In this document: positions 17,143 to 24,928 of the stretch, one piece after another | Position numbering within the stretch: position 1 is the stretch's first letter | How the letters are laid out: every line of letters begins with the position of its first letter | Source: an uncultured Myxococcales bacterium | GTDB taxonomy: Bacteria; Myxococcota_A; UBA9042 | DNA length: 34,030 nucleotides | Assembly (NCBI GenBank): GCA_937915965.1 | Contig: CALGHC010000248.1 | Span: 1-34,030 of the forward strand | Direction of reading: 5' to 3' | Notes under the pieces: model-generated | The model's database searches: none | Seen by the model: only the letters and a program-made list of their open reading frames with translations | What the model was told of the DNA's origin: nothing | Translations under genes and position numbers: made by a program

Positions 17143-18888
17143 ATGACCGCCGCCGAACCGAATCGCAGAGGTAGCGCCGGCATGAACGAGGATCGCCGCA
17201 GATACCCGCGCAACGCTTCATTCCATCGACTCGTCGTCGTCTACCGCGGCGAAGAGATCAAGGCGACCACAACCAACCTCAGCGTGACTGGCGCGTTCCT
17301 TGCCACGCGGCGCCCGCTCCCGCTGGGTGCGAAGGTGACCGTTCATTTCCTGCAAGCCGATCCGCGCAGCCCCAAGGTGCCGCTGGAAGCGGAGGTCGTT
17401 CGCGAGGAGAGCTCTGGCGCCGGCGGTCAGCCAGGTTTTGGCGTGCGATGGCTCACAGCGGAGTCGCATGTTGGCGCCGTCGCGCTCGTCGGATTTCTGA
17501 TCAAGGTGTTGCGCGTCCCCGGCTTGCGTGCCGAGGCCATGGGCAGTGGCGCCCACGTTGTCTTCGCTTTCCCGGCCCACGGTCAGGCCGTCGACACGTC
17601 TGCTTCCGCCGCTACCAAGGCGGCGCAGGCCTCGCCATCGGTGGCGAGCGGCTCGCGCAGGCCCAGCTCGCAAGCGCTGTCGCCCGGTGACGATCGACCT
17701 ACGCAACGTCGCCCGTCGGGTGTCAGTCCAGCGGCGGGACAGGTGGCGCCGCGGCCCCGCGCGCCACGTGCACCCGCCTGGGAGAGCGGACTTTCTGCAG
17801 GCGTCGGCTCCGCTCTCTCTGCGAAGTCGTCTTCTTCGTCGATCGCCGGTGACCAAGAGGTCGATCTGGGCGCGCTGAGCGACGACACCCCGGTCACCGA
17901 CACCCCGGTCATCGACGCCCCGGTCACTGACGCCATGGTCGGTGTGCCCGCAACCGCTGCACACGCCGGCTCTTCAACCGTAGCCGGACGCGATCCGGTC
18001 GATGAAGTAGAGATCAACGCTAACGTACTAGATCAAAGCGGTATTTTTGAGGGCAAGGCGCGCGACAGTTCGCTGCTGATCGCGCCTTTTTCGTCGCGCC
18101 GCCGCGATCCGGGGCAAGCAGAGGCGAGCTGGCCGGACTATCCGAAGACGGACATCGACGCGACATCGGTGCGACGACAAGGCGGCATGGTCAGCAGCGA
18201 GGACGTGCTCGCCGGTGTTCGCAAGCCAACGAATCGCGCCAGCGGCGCGGCGCCCGGCCGGCCGTCCGTCTCGCCAGGAACAGCCGACCCACGCGCTGGC
18301 TACCAGCTCGGTCGCAAGCCGACCCCGGCGCAGTCGACCGGTCGGTCCACCACGCGCGACTCCGGGCGGCTCGTTGGCCCGTCGGCCACCGAAGCGGACG
18401 GTGTCGCCCCATTCGGCCTCGCGCGCAGTCGCAGCGGGGCCGCCCGACCCGGAGATGCCCGACGCGCGGACGGCCGACGCGTGGATGGCCGACCCGTTGG
18501 TCGCCCCAACAAGCCGGGCGAGGCACCGCACAGCGACATCTTTACCGGCCACGCGCCGCGCTCAAGCGTGCGCCAGATGGTCAAGCTCGACGTGCCGGTG
18601 ACCTACGAGTACGACAATCGCTTCGTGCCTGCTCGCCTGGTGTCCGCTGAGGCGCGCGCTCTCCTTCTGCAGACTCGGGATGTGACGCCTGGCAGCGACG
18701 AGGAGATCGTCGTCAACATCCCGATCGATGTGGAGGGCGTCTTCCGCACCGTCTACGTTCGTGGACGGCTGCTGCGCGCGGCCGAGGAAGCCAACGGCGT
18801 CTCGCGCTTCCTGCTGCACGTGGACAAGCTCAACGAGGGCAAGCACGCTGGCGCGTTCGAGCAGTTGCTGGGTAGCGGCACGCCATGA
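17143..18888 (+). CDS. PilZ-domain protein with a long low-complexity linker and a probable second degenerate PilZ-like domain
   Basis: DRRRYPR (RxxxR) and NLSVTG (D/NxSxxG), then AFL..PLPLGAKV..AEVVR..GFGVRW. The C-terminal approximately 110 aa are beta-rich (RQMVKLDVPVTY..VRGRLLR). The start could be 17182. Confidence 0.85.
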   Translation: MTAAEPNRRGSAGMNEDRRRYPRNASFHRLVVVYRGEEIKATTTNLSVTGAFLATRRPLPLGAKVTVHFLQADPRSPKVPLEAEVVREESSGAGGQPGFGVRWLTAESHVGAVALVGFLIKVLRVPGLRAEAMGSGAHVVFAFPAHGQAVDTSASAATKAAQASPSVASGSRRPSSQALSPGDDRPTQRRPSGVSPAAGQVAPRPRAPRAPAWESGLSAGVGSALSAKSSSSSIAGDQEVDLGALSDDTPVTDTPVIDAPVTDAMVGVPATAAHAGSSTVAGRDPVDEVEINANVLDQSGIFEGKARDSSLLIAPFSSRRRDPGQAEASWPDYPKTDIDATSVRRQGGMVSSEDVLAGVRKPTNRASGAAPGRPSVSPGTADPRAGYQLGRKPTPAQSTGRSTTRDSGRLVGPSATEADGVAPFGLARSRSGAARPGDARRADGRRVDGRPVGRPNKPGEAPHSDIFTGHAPRSSVRQMVKLDVPVTYEYDNRFVPARLVSAEARALLLQTRDVTPGSDEEIVVNIPIDVEGVFRTVYVRGRLLRAAEEANGVSRFLLHVDKLNEGKHAGAFEQLLGSGTP

Positions 18889-19910
18889 AACCGCGCCGCC
18901 CGCTCGCCCCGATCACCAGGCGTGCGTTGGCGAGCACGGCGACCGCGACCTTGGTCGTCGGTGTCGTCGTCGCGGCGGTCGAGTGGGGGGCCGGCGCCAG
19001 TGACCTGGTCGCCAGCTACGGCGGCGCGCTGGTCGCGTTGGCGTTTCTCGGTCTGCCCTTGTTGTGGACGCGCGGGACACCCGAACGCCTCGATCCGCAC
19101 GGCTTGGGCGATGGCGCGATCTTGCGACCGGTCGCCGTCGCCTTGGTTGCCAGCCTGGTCGTCCTGCCCGTGTTTGCGCTGGCCTTCCATCTCGACGCGT
19201 GGCTCGTGCGCGATCGCCTCAGCCCGGGCCCGGCCTTGCACAGTCGCGGCGTGGCGTGGCAGGACCGGCCCGACCGCGTCGTCGGCGCCGTCGTTGTCTA
19301 CGAAGAGGCCGCCGGGCTGGTCGTCGAGAACGGTCTGGATCGTACCGTCCGCTTGTCGCCGCAGTGTGCTGACCAAGGCGCCGACGAGATCGCCAGTGCA
19401 GCCTGTCGGGACTCCCTGCTGCCGCCAGGGGCGCGCCTGATCGTGCGGGCCATGGCGCACCGGCCGATGCTGGTGTTCGCGGCCGACGGCACAGATCTCG
19501 CCGCCGGTGAGGTGGTCAGTGGCCGTGAGCGCACTGCGGTTGAGGGGCATCGGGTCGACGCGGACCCGTCCGCATGGTGGCTGATCTGGCTGCTGGCCCA
19601 GCAGCTCGTTGTGGTTGCAATCCCCGAGGAGATCTTCTTTCGCGGTTGGCTGCTGGCGCGGCTTAAGCGGGCTTTGCCGCCGACCAGAGAGGTGTTTGGG
19701 GTGTCATTTGGGATCGCGCACGTGCTGAGCGCTGCGCTCTTCGCGCTGATCCACCTCGCCGCCGTGCAATCGCCCTATCGCCTGTTGGTGTTCTTTCCTG
19801 GGCTCCTCTTCGGCTGGCTACGCGAGCGCGGCGGATCGACGATCAGCCCCGCCGTGCATCACGCGCTGGCGAATGTCTTGATGCACGTACTGCAGCGCAG
19901 CTACTTCTAG
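18885..19910 (+). CDS. CPBP (type II CAAX/Abi) glutamic intramembrane protease, myxosortase-like
   Basis: PEEIFFRG, FALIH, HALAN and RLLVFFPGLLFGWLRER; multiple TM segments. ATGA overlap with the PilZ gene. Confidence 0.88.
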   Translation: MKPRRPLAPITRRALASTATATLVVGVVVAAVEWGAGASDLVASYGGALVALAFLGLPLLWTRGTPERLDPHGLGDGAILRPVAVALVASLVVLPVFALAFHLDAWLVRDRLSPGPALHSRGVAWQDRPDRVVGAVVVYEEAAGLVVENGLDRTVRLSPQCADQGADEIASAACRDSLLPPGARLIVRAMAHRPMLVFAADGTDLAAGEVVSGRERTAVEGHRVDADPSAWWLIWLLAQQLVVVAIPEEIFFRGWLLARLKRALPPTREVFGVSFGIAHVLSAALFALIHLAAVQSPYRLLVFFPGLLFGWLRERGGSTISPAVHHALANVLMHVLQRSYF

Positions 19911-19927
19911 ATTCAGACCGACCCGCT

Positions 19928-19997
19928 TGTGCGATCACGACTGCGCGATCACGACTGCGCGATCACGACTGCGCGATCACGACTGTGCGATCACGAG
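19928..19997. repeat. 14-bp tandem repeat x5 (TGYGCGATCACGAC) between convergent genes
   Basis: Units start at 19928, 19942, 19956, 19970 and 19984. The last unit overlaps the stop of the GHMP-like gene. Confidence 0.95.
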
Positions 19998-20947
19998 CCG
20001 CCGGCACAGTGTGGCCCGGCGGCCAGATCCCTCTCGTCGAGGCAGCGCGCAGGGGGGCCGGGTAGAATTCCGGCTCGGGCACGGGTCCAGACGCCGTGTT
20101 CGCCGAGCCGGTCGACCAGGCGGGAGCGCACCAGGGGTATCTGCTGCGGCGAAGAGAAGCTGAGCAGCGCCGGGCCGCCCCGGACCGCGATCAAGGCCCA
20201 CGCCCCCGCCCGGACGGCCTCGTCGGCACAGTCGACGAGGTAGTCGAGCCCGGCTGCCAGCCATTGTTCGCGCTGCGCTGCGTGCCAACGCCCCAACACG
20301 TCGGTGTCACCCTCGGCCAAGGCTCGGGCGGCGTCCTCGCATCGTCCATCGAGGCCCTCGAGCGCGCCAGCACCTCGCTTCGGGCCGCGCGCCTCGTCGA
20401 GCTCGGGCAGAATCACTGCGACCGCGACCGGCGCGCGCAGCTTCACCGCGCGCACGGGGCGGTCGTCGCTCACAATCGTGATGCTGCCCCGGGCCGCCGC
20501 CTCGACATGGATGTCCAGGGACCGCGCGCTGCAGCCGAGGGCTGCGGCACGGGCCGTCGCCCGAAGAATCGGGGCGTCGGCGCCAAGGCGCAGGACCGCG
20601 TTGGTCGCGACGGTCGCTGCCATCGCAGCCGTCGCCGCGGAGCCCAATCCCGTGCCGATGCCCAGGCCCTTTTCCAGGCGCAAGGACAGCCGCGCGCCTG
20701 TGCCATCGGCCAGCATTCGGGCGGCTCGCAAGACCGCATTGTCGGCGTCCGTCAGCTCTGGCAGCGCGCCCGGCGGGGCCACCTCCAGCCGCCACTCCTC
20801 GCCGCGCTCAAGCCGACGGGCAAGAACCAGGTCGCCGATGACGGGTAGGGCCAGCGCGACCTGGCCGTTCGTCAGCTGGGGCAGTACGGCGGTGTATGGT
20901 GCGGCGGCGTGCACGTCGTAGCGATCGACCGGGACGGGCTCAACCAT
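19991..20947 (-). CDS. GHMP kinase superfamily protein, homoserine-kinase-like but degenerate
   Basis: LEKGLGIGTGLGSAATAA matches the GHMP P-loop, and overall length and layout resemble ThrB. The other ThrB motifs are altered. GGAG RBS. Confidence 0.75.
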   Translation of the reverse strand: MVEPVPVDRYDVHAAAPYTAVLPQLTNGQVALALPVIGDLVLARRLERGEEWRLEVAPPGALPELTDADNAVLRAARMLADGTGARLSLRLEKGLGIGTGLGSAATAAMAATVATNAVLRLGADAPILRATARAAALGCSARSLDIHVEAAARGSITIVSDDRPVRAVKLRAPVAVAVILPELDEARGPKRGAGALEGLDGRCEDAARALAEGDTDVLGRWHAAQREQWLAAGLDYLVDCADEAVRAGAWALIAVRGGPALLSFSSPQQIPLVRSRLVDRLGEHGVWTRARAGILPGPPARCLDERDLAAGPHCAGGS

Positions 20948-21160
20948 CGTCGTCTCCGTAGCCGGTCTGGCCTGGTCTGGCCTGGCGCCGGCCGACCCCA
21001 GCCTGGCCCCGGCCGATCCCAGCGTATCATGTGCGTCATTGACCGCGACGCCGTCGCGGACGTTTGTGCTGCCGGGGCAGATCGGCTACCCGGCCGCGAG
21101 GTCACCGTTCGCCCGCGCCGCCTCTGGACCGGCCCGGGGCGATGGTCTAGCATCGCCTTT

Positions 21161-22513
21161 ATGTTGGATCGCCGACTTGCGGCCATGGCCAACGCAGCGC
21201 GAGCGGACCTTGTCGACCGCCTCGGTCCCGAGCGTGTTGCCATGGGCGAGCCCGCCAGACGACTGGTCGGCTTGGAACCAAACAGTCAAGAGGGACCGGT
21301 CGCCGTCGTCAAGGCGACCGGCGCCGAGCACTTGATTCATATTCTCAAGGTCGCCCGGTCGCGCCACGTCGCCGTCGACGTTCGCACACGCTTGCCCCTG
21401 CTCTTCCCCGACGAGATCGCGAATTGTATCGTCGTCGACGGTCGCGGCCTCAATCGCCCGCCGGCGATCGACATCAGCCGTCGACAGGTCACCGTCGGGG
21501 CAGGCGTCGATATTGGCCACGTCGATCGTGCCGCTCGCCAGGCTCGTCTCTGTCTGCGTGGCACCCCGGCCTGGCTTGGTGGCGCGTCCGTTGGCGCCCT
21601 GCTCGCTGGCGGTGAACCCGGCGAGCTCGGCCTGGGCGACGGCACCCTGTTGCGCGACCTGGTCAGCGCCCTCGTTGTCAGCGGCAGCGGTCGCCCGATG
21701 CGGCTGGGCGGCTCCGATCTGCTCGGCCTGGCGCCGTGGCTAGGCGAAGGCCTGCCCAACGCCCTGCCACTGCTCGTCGGCGGCGAAGGGCGCATGGCGA
21801 TCTTGTGTGAAGTGACCCTGCACCTGCACTCGGCCCCCTTCGTCGCGTGGGGGCAGGTGCGTCTGCCGGCGGGACGCGATCCACTGCTCAGCGCGCTCAG
21901 CGCCGCGCGTTCGGTCATCACCGCTCGCCTCGTTGATTCGGTTCTTCTCGACGAGACCGATGACGGGACCCTCTTGGTCGTTCGCGCCGCGACCTGGCGC
22001 GGCGCCGATGACCGCGCCGATGTCTGCGGTCGCACTTCGGCGGCCTTCGCGCGTCACGGTATCGAGATCGGCAGCTGGCAAGACGAACCCAAGCGGGTGC
22101 GCCTTGGACTGGACGACGGACCGTGGCCGGACCGCAACGACGGCGCTCTTGGTCCCAGCGTCGATCTGCGCGTGCAGTGGTCCGACGTGTCCGCCGTGCT
22201 TGATGTGATCGAGGCGCTGGTCGCCGAGGCGGATCCCGACGCCCCCAAGCCTGTGGCACATCGCTGCTGGGCACTGGGCGGTGAGTTCCTGCGCTTGTCC
22301 GTGCAGCTTGGTGACGGCCGGGCCGACCAGCACCCGCTGATCCGCGGCGTTGCGCACATCATCGATGCTGGTGCCGTGCCTATCGGCGTAGGGTCGCGTC
22401 TGCGCGAGGCCGTTCGCGATCGGATGACGCCGTCAGCGAAGGTCCTGCTGACCGCGTTGGGTCGCGCCTGGGACCCTGATGGCGTGCTCTCGCCGGCCAC
22501 CGGCTTGCTCTAG
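21161..22513 (+). CDS. FAD-binding (VAO/PCMH, GlcD-like) oxidoreductase homolog, degenerate
   Basis: VTVGAGV, ASVGALLA, LVGGEGRMAILCEVTL (compare GSEGTLGI) and WDPDGVLSP (compare DPxGILNP). Start placed at ATG 21161 because 20909 overlaps the divergent gene. Confidence 0.75.
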   Translation: MLDRRLAAMANAARADLVDRLGPERVAMGEPARRLVGLEPNSQEGPVAVVKATGAEHLIHILKVARSRHVAVDVRTRLPLLFPDEIANCIVVDGRGLNRPPAIDISRRQVTVGAGVDIGHVDRAARQARLCLRGTPAWLGGASVGALLAGGEPGELGLGDGTLLRDLVSALVVSGSGRPMRLGGSDLLGLAPWLGEGLPNALPLLVGGEGRMAILCEVTLHLHSAPFVAWGQVRLPAGRDPLLSALSAARSVITARLVDSVLLDETDDGTLLVVRAATWRGADDRADVCGRTSAAFARHGIEIGSWQDEPKRVRLGLDDGPWPDRNDGALGPSVDLRVQWSDVSAVLDVIEALVAEADPDAPKPVAHRCWALGGEFLRLSVQLGDGRADQHPLIRGVAHIIDAGAVPIGVGSRLREAVRDRMTPSAKVLLTALGRAWDPDGVLSPATGLL

Positions 22514-22581
22514 TCGGCTCGCTGCGAGCGAGCCAAGAGTTCCGGCCTGCGCCCATCGTGGCGACGAGCCGACGGGCATGC

Positions 22582-23049
22582 CTAGCGCCGCGGGTCGACG
22601 TCACCGAAACCCTGCTGCCGCAAGGCCTCGAACAAGACCACCGCCGCACAGTTTGCCAGGTTCAGGCTGCGGATCGCCGGCTTGACTGGCACATAGCGCA
22701 GCTGCGCCGCGAAACGCGCGTGCAGCTCGGGAGAGAGCCCCCGGCTCTCGCGACCGAAGACCAAGATATCGTCTGCGCCGTAGCGCACCTGATCGTAGCG
22801 CACCCCACCATGGGTGCTGAAGAAGTGGAGGACGCGCTCTGGGACTGCCGCCAGGAATGTCTCGACATCGGCGTGCACCTGCAGATCGACGTCGCGCCAG
22901 TAATCCAACCCCGCCCTCCGCACCGCTGCCTCCGAGATGTCGAAGCCAAGCGTGCCGACAAGGTGGAGGCGCGTCGCCGTGCCGACACAGATGCGCCCAA
23001 TGCTGCCAGTGTTGCCGGGGATCTCCGGCTCGATCAAGGCGATGTCCAC
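22582..23049 (-). CDS. trmL: tRNA (cytidine/uridine(34)-2'-O)-methyltransferase TrmL
   Basis: EPEIPGNTGSIGR, LHLVGTLGF, RRAGLDYW, FGRESRGL, RSLNLAN and EALRQ. GTG 23049 gives 155 aa. Confidence 0.95.
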   Translation of the reverse strand: MDIALIEPEIPGNTGSIGRICVGTATRLHLVGTLGFDISEAAVRRAGLDYWRDVDLQVHADVETFLAAVPERVLHFFSTHGGVRYDQVRYGADDILVFGRESRGLSPELHARFAAQLRYVPVKPAIRSLNLANCAAVVLFEALRQQGFGDVDPRR

Positions 23050-23089
23050 GGTCTTGCGGCCTCGCGTCTGTGGCCCGCTGGCCACGCGA

Positions 23090-23740
23090 CTAGAAGTAGT
23101 ACGTGAAGCCAGCGCCGCCGCTGTATCGCCCACCGATAAGGATCTGTACGCCATTGGTCGCGTTACCGACCAGGCTCGTGCCGACGCCACCCGCGTCGAA
23201 GTTGCCCAGGCTGAGGAGCACTGGCCCCACGCCGGCCTGCACGCTGGCGTTGTCGTTGAGGAAATATTCAACCTGAAAGGGCAACTCGAGAACCGTGCCG
23301 AAGCGGCTGTCCCCATCCCGCAGGTGATCCAGGATGAACCAGCCGCGCGCCCCGACGGATGCGCTGATCTGACGGCTGTCGACGAGGCGCCAAAGGATGG
23401 CGGCGCCACCCCGAACCGATGACTGTCGAGCGCCGCAGTTGACCGGGGTAGCCACTGTACCGGTCGCGTCGCTGGTTTCGGTCTGCGGACACAATACGTC
23501 TGGTGAGGTGTCGAAGCCGGCGAGCAGCTCAAACGCGAACCGGGTGCGCCAGTAGCGGAACGCGAAGAGCGTCGGCGTGCTGCGAGCGCCGTCTCCGATC
23601 GGCTGCAGGACACCGAATCCGCCTTTGCCCGTCATGTCGCGGGCGGCGACCGGTCGGGTCAGGGCCAGGCCGAACAGCACGACTAGCACCGAAAGACTGC
23701 GGGTCAGGACATTGGTCGGGGCCGGCCGCTGCGTTATCAT
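23090..23740 (-). CDS. Putative outer-membrane beta-barrel protein
   Basis: Signal peptide ending VAA, amphipathic beta strands and a C-terminal beta-signal AGFTYYF. A Cys pair lies in one loop. The start is uncertain. Confidence 0.7.
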   Translation of the reverse strand: MITQRPAPTNVLTRSLSVLVVLFGLALTRPVAARDMTGKGGFGVLQPIGDGARSTPTLFAFRYWRTRFAFELLAGFDTSPDVLCPQTETSDATGTVATPVNCGARQSSVRGGAAILWRLVDSRQISASVGARGWFILDHLRDGDSRFGTVLELPFQVEYFLNDNASVQAGVGPVLLSLGNFDAGGVGTSLVGNATNGVQILIGGRYSGGAGFTYYF

Positions 23741-23747
23741 CGCCGCG

Positions 23748-24503
23748 ATGGTGCCTCGCCGACCCCGACATCACAAGCTCTCAGCGGCCCTGGCCAGCCT
23801 CGTCGCGACTCGTCGTGTCTGGGTGGCTGGTCTGCTCGTCTGGCTGGTCGCGGTGGCGCTACCGTACGCGTTCCTCTATCCGGGCCAGGGTCTCGACCGT
23901 CCAGTTTGCCTGGCGCTGGCGGGCATCGCGCCAGTCGGGATGTTGATCGCGGCGTTGTCGGGCGGCGCGCCCGTGGTGCTCGGTGTCGGCCTGAGCGGCC
24001 TCGCCCCAATCTATATCGCTTCTCCTGAGCTGCTCGGCGAGCGCACTACCGGCGCCCTGCAAGGCGTGGTGCTTGCTGTGCTGATCTTGATCTTCGTGGC
24101 TGCTGGATTCGACGATCCGAGCTCCAGAGAGCCGGCCCGGGAGCACACCTCGCCTGCAGACGGTCACCTCGCCGTGCGACTGCGATCCCTGCTTTCACCG
24201 CCGTCCACATTGGCCGATGGCATGCTGGTTGCGCTTGGCGCGGTCTGGCTCGCCTTGGCGTGGTTCGGCGTTGGTGATACCGATATGGGCGCGCGCGCGC
24301 GCACCACAAGGCTCGCGGCAGCCGCGCTGTGTTGGATCGCCGTGCGCCTGATCGGCGTTGGAGGGCGGGGAGTTCTCACGGACAGCTCGCACCCCCTGGT
24401 GTTGTTGGCTTCACGGCGCGAAGATCGCTGGCAGGCGCTGCTTGCCCGGCGGTTGATCTGGTTGGCGGTCCTAGGCGCCGGTGCCTGGTCGTGGCTGCGG
24501 TGA
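23748..24503 (+). CDS. Hypothetical polytopic membrane protein (about 7 TM)
   Basis: Several long hydrophobic segments; ATG 23748 avoids overlap with the divergent gene. Confidence 0.65.
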   Translation: MVPRRPRHHKLSAALASLVATRRVWVAGLLVWLVAVALPYAFLYPGQGLDRPVCLALAGIAPVGMLIAALSGGAPVVLGVGLSGLAPIYIASPELLGERTTGALQGVVLAVLILIFVAAGFDDPSSREPAREHTSPADGHLAVRLRSLLSPPSTLADGMLVALGAVWLALAWFGVGDTDMGARARTTRLAAAALCWIAVRLIGVGGRGVLTDSSHPLVLLASRREDRWQALLARRLIWLAVLGAGAWSWLR

Positions 24504-24549
24504 GGAGAGGCAGAACGTCGCCGCAGCGATCTTGCGGGGGAGTGGCTCG

Positions 24550-24837
24550 ATGAACGCGAGGGGGGTGCCCACATGGCTGGGGCTGGGGCTCGCGGCGCTG
24601 GCTTGCGTGCCCGTGTGGTGGGGTCTGCACGCGGTCGAGATGGCCGACTATCCCGCGGCGATGCTCGCCCTGGCGATGGCCTGGGTGCTCGGTCGCACCG
24701 GCGTGGAGTTGGTGGCCTTGGACGCTGGTCGGCTGCCGCGCGAGACCGCGCGCGGAGGTCTTGGACGCTCGAGCGGCGCGGCCGCCCCCGGCGATCGTGG
24801 TACGGGCGACGATCTTGTCGCAACGACGAGAGGTTGA
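24550..24837 (+). CDS. Small two-TM hypothetical protein
   Basis: GGGGAG RBS; two hydrophobic helices separated by EMADY; fills the gap between co-oriented genes. Confidence 0.55.
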   Translation: MNARGVPTWLGLGLAALACVPVWWGLHAVEMADYPAAMLALAMAWVLGRTGVELVALDAGRLPRETARGGLGRSSGAAAPGDRGTGDDLVATTRG

Positions 24838-24928
24838 CGGCGCAGGTGAGGCGGAAGCGAGCGGCTATTCGTTGTCGCGACAGGGGCGTGACGTGGCGCA
24901 CGGTGAGACCAAAGCATGGGAGCGGACG

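Noticed and set aside
19928-19997. CRISPR array (also considered for 16986-17034)
   Set aside because: Repeats are 14-15 bp, with no unique spacers and no cas genes.
22582-23613. 343-aa extended TrmL from the ORF track
   Set aside because: The extension overlaps the beta-barrel gene in another frame; TrmL homology begins at 23049.
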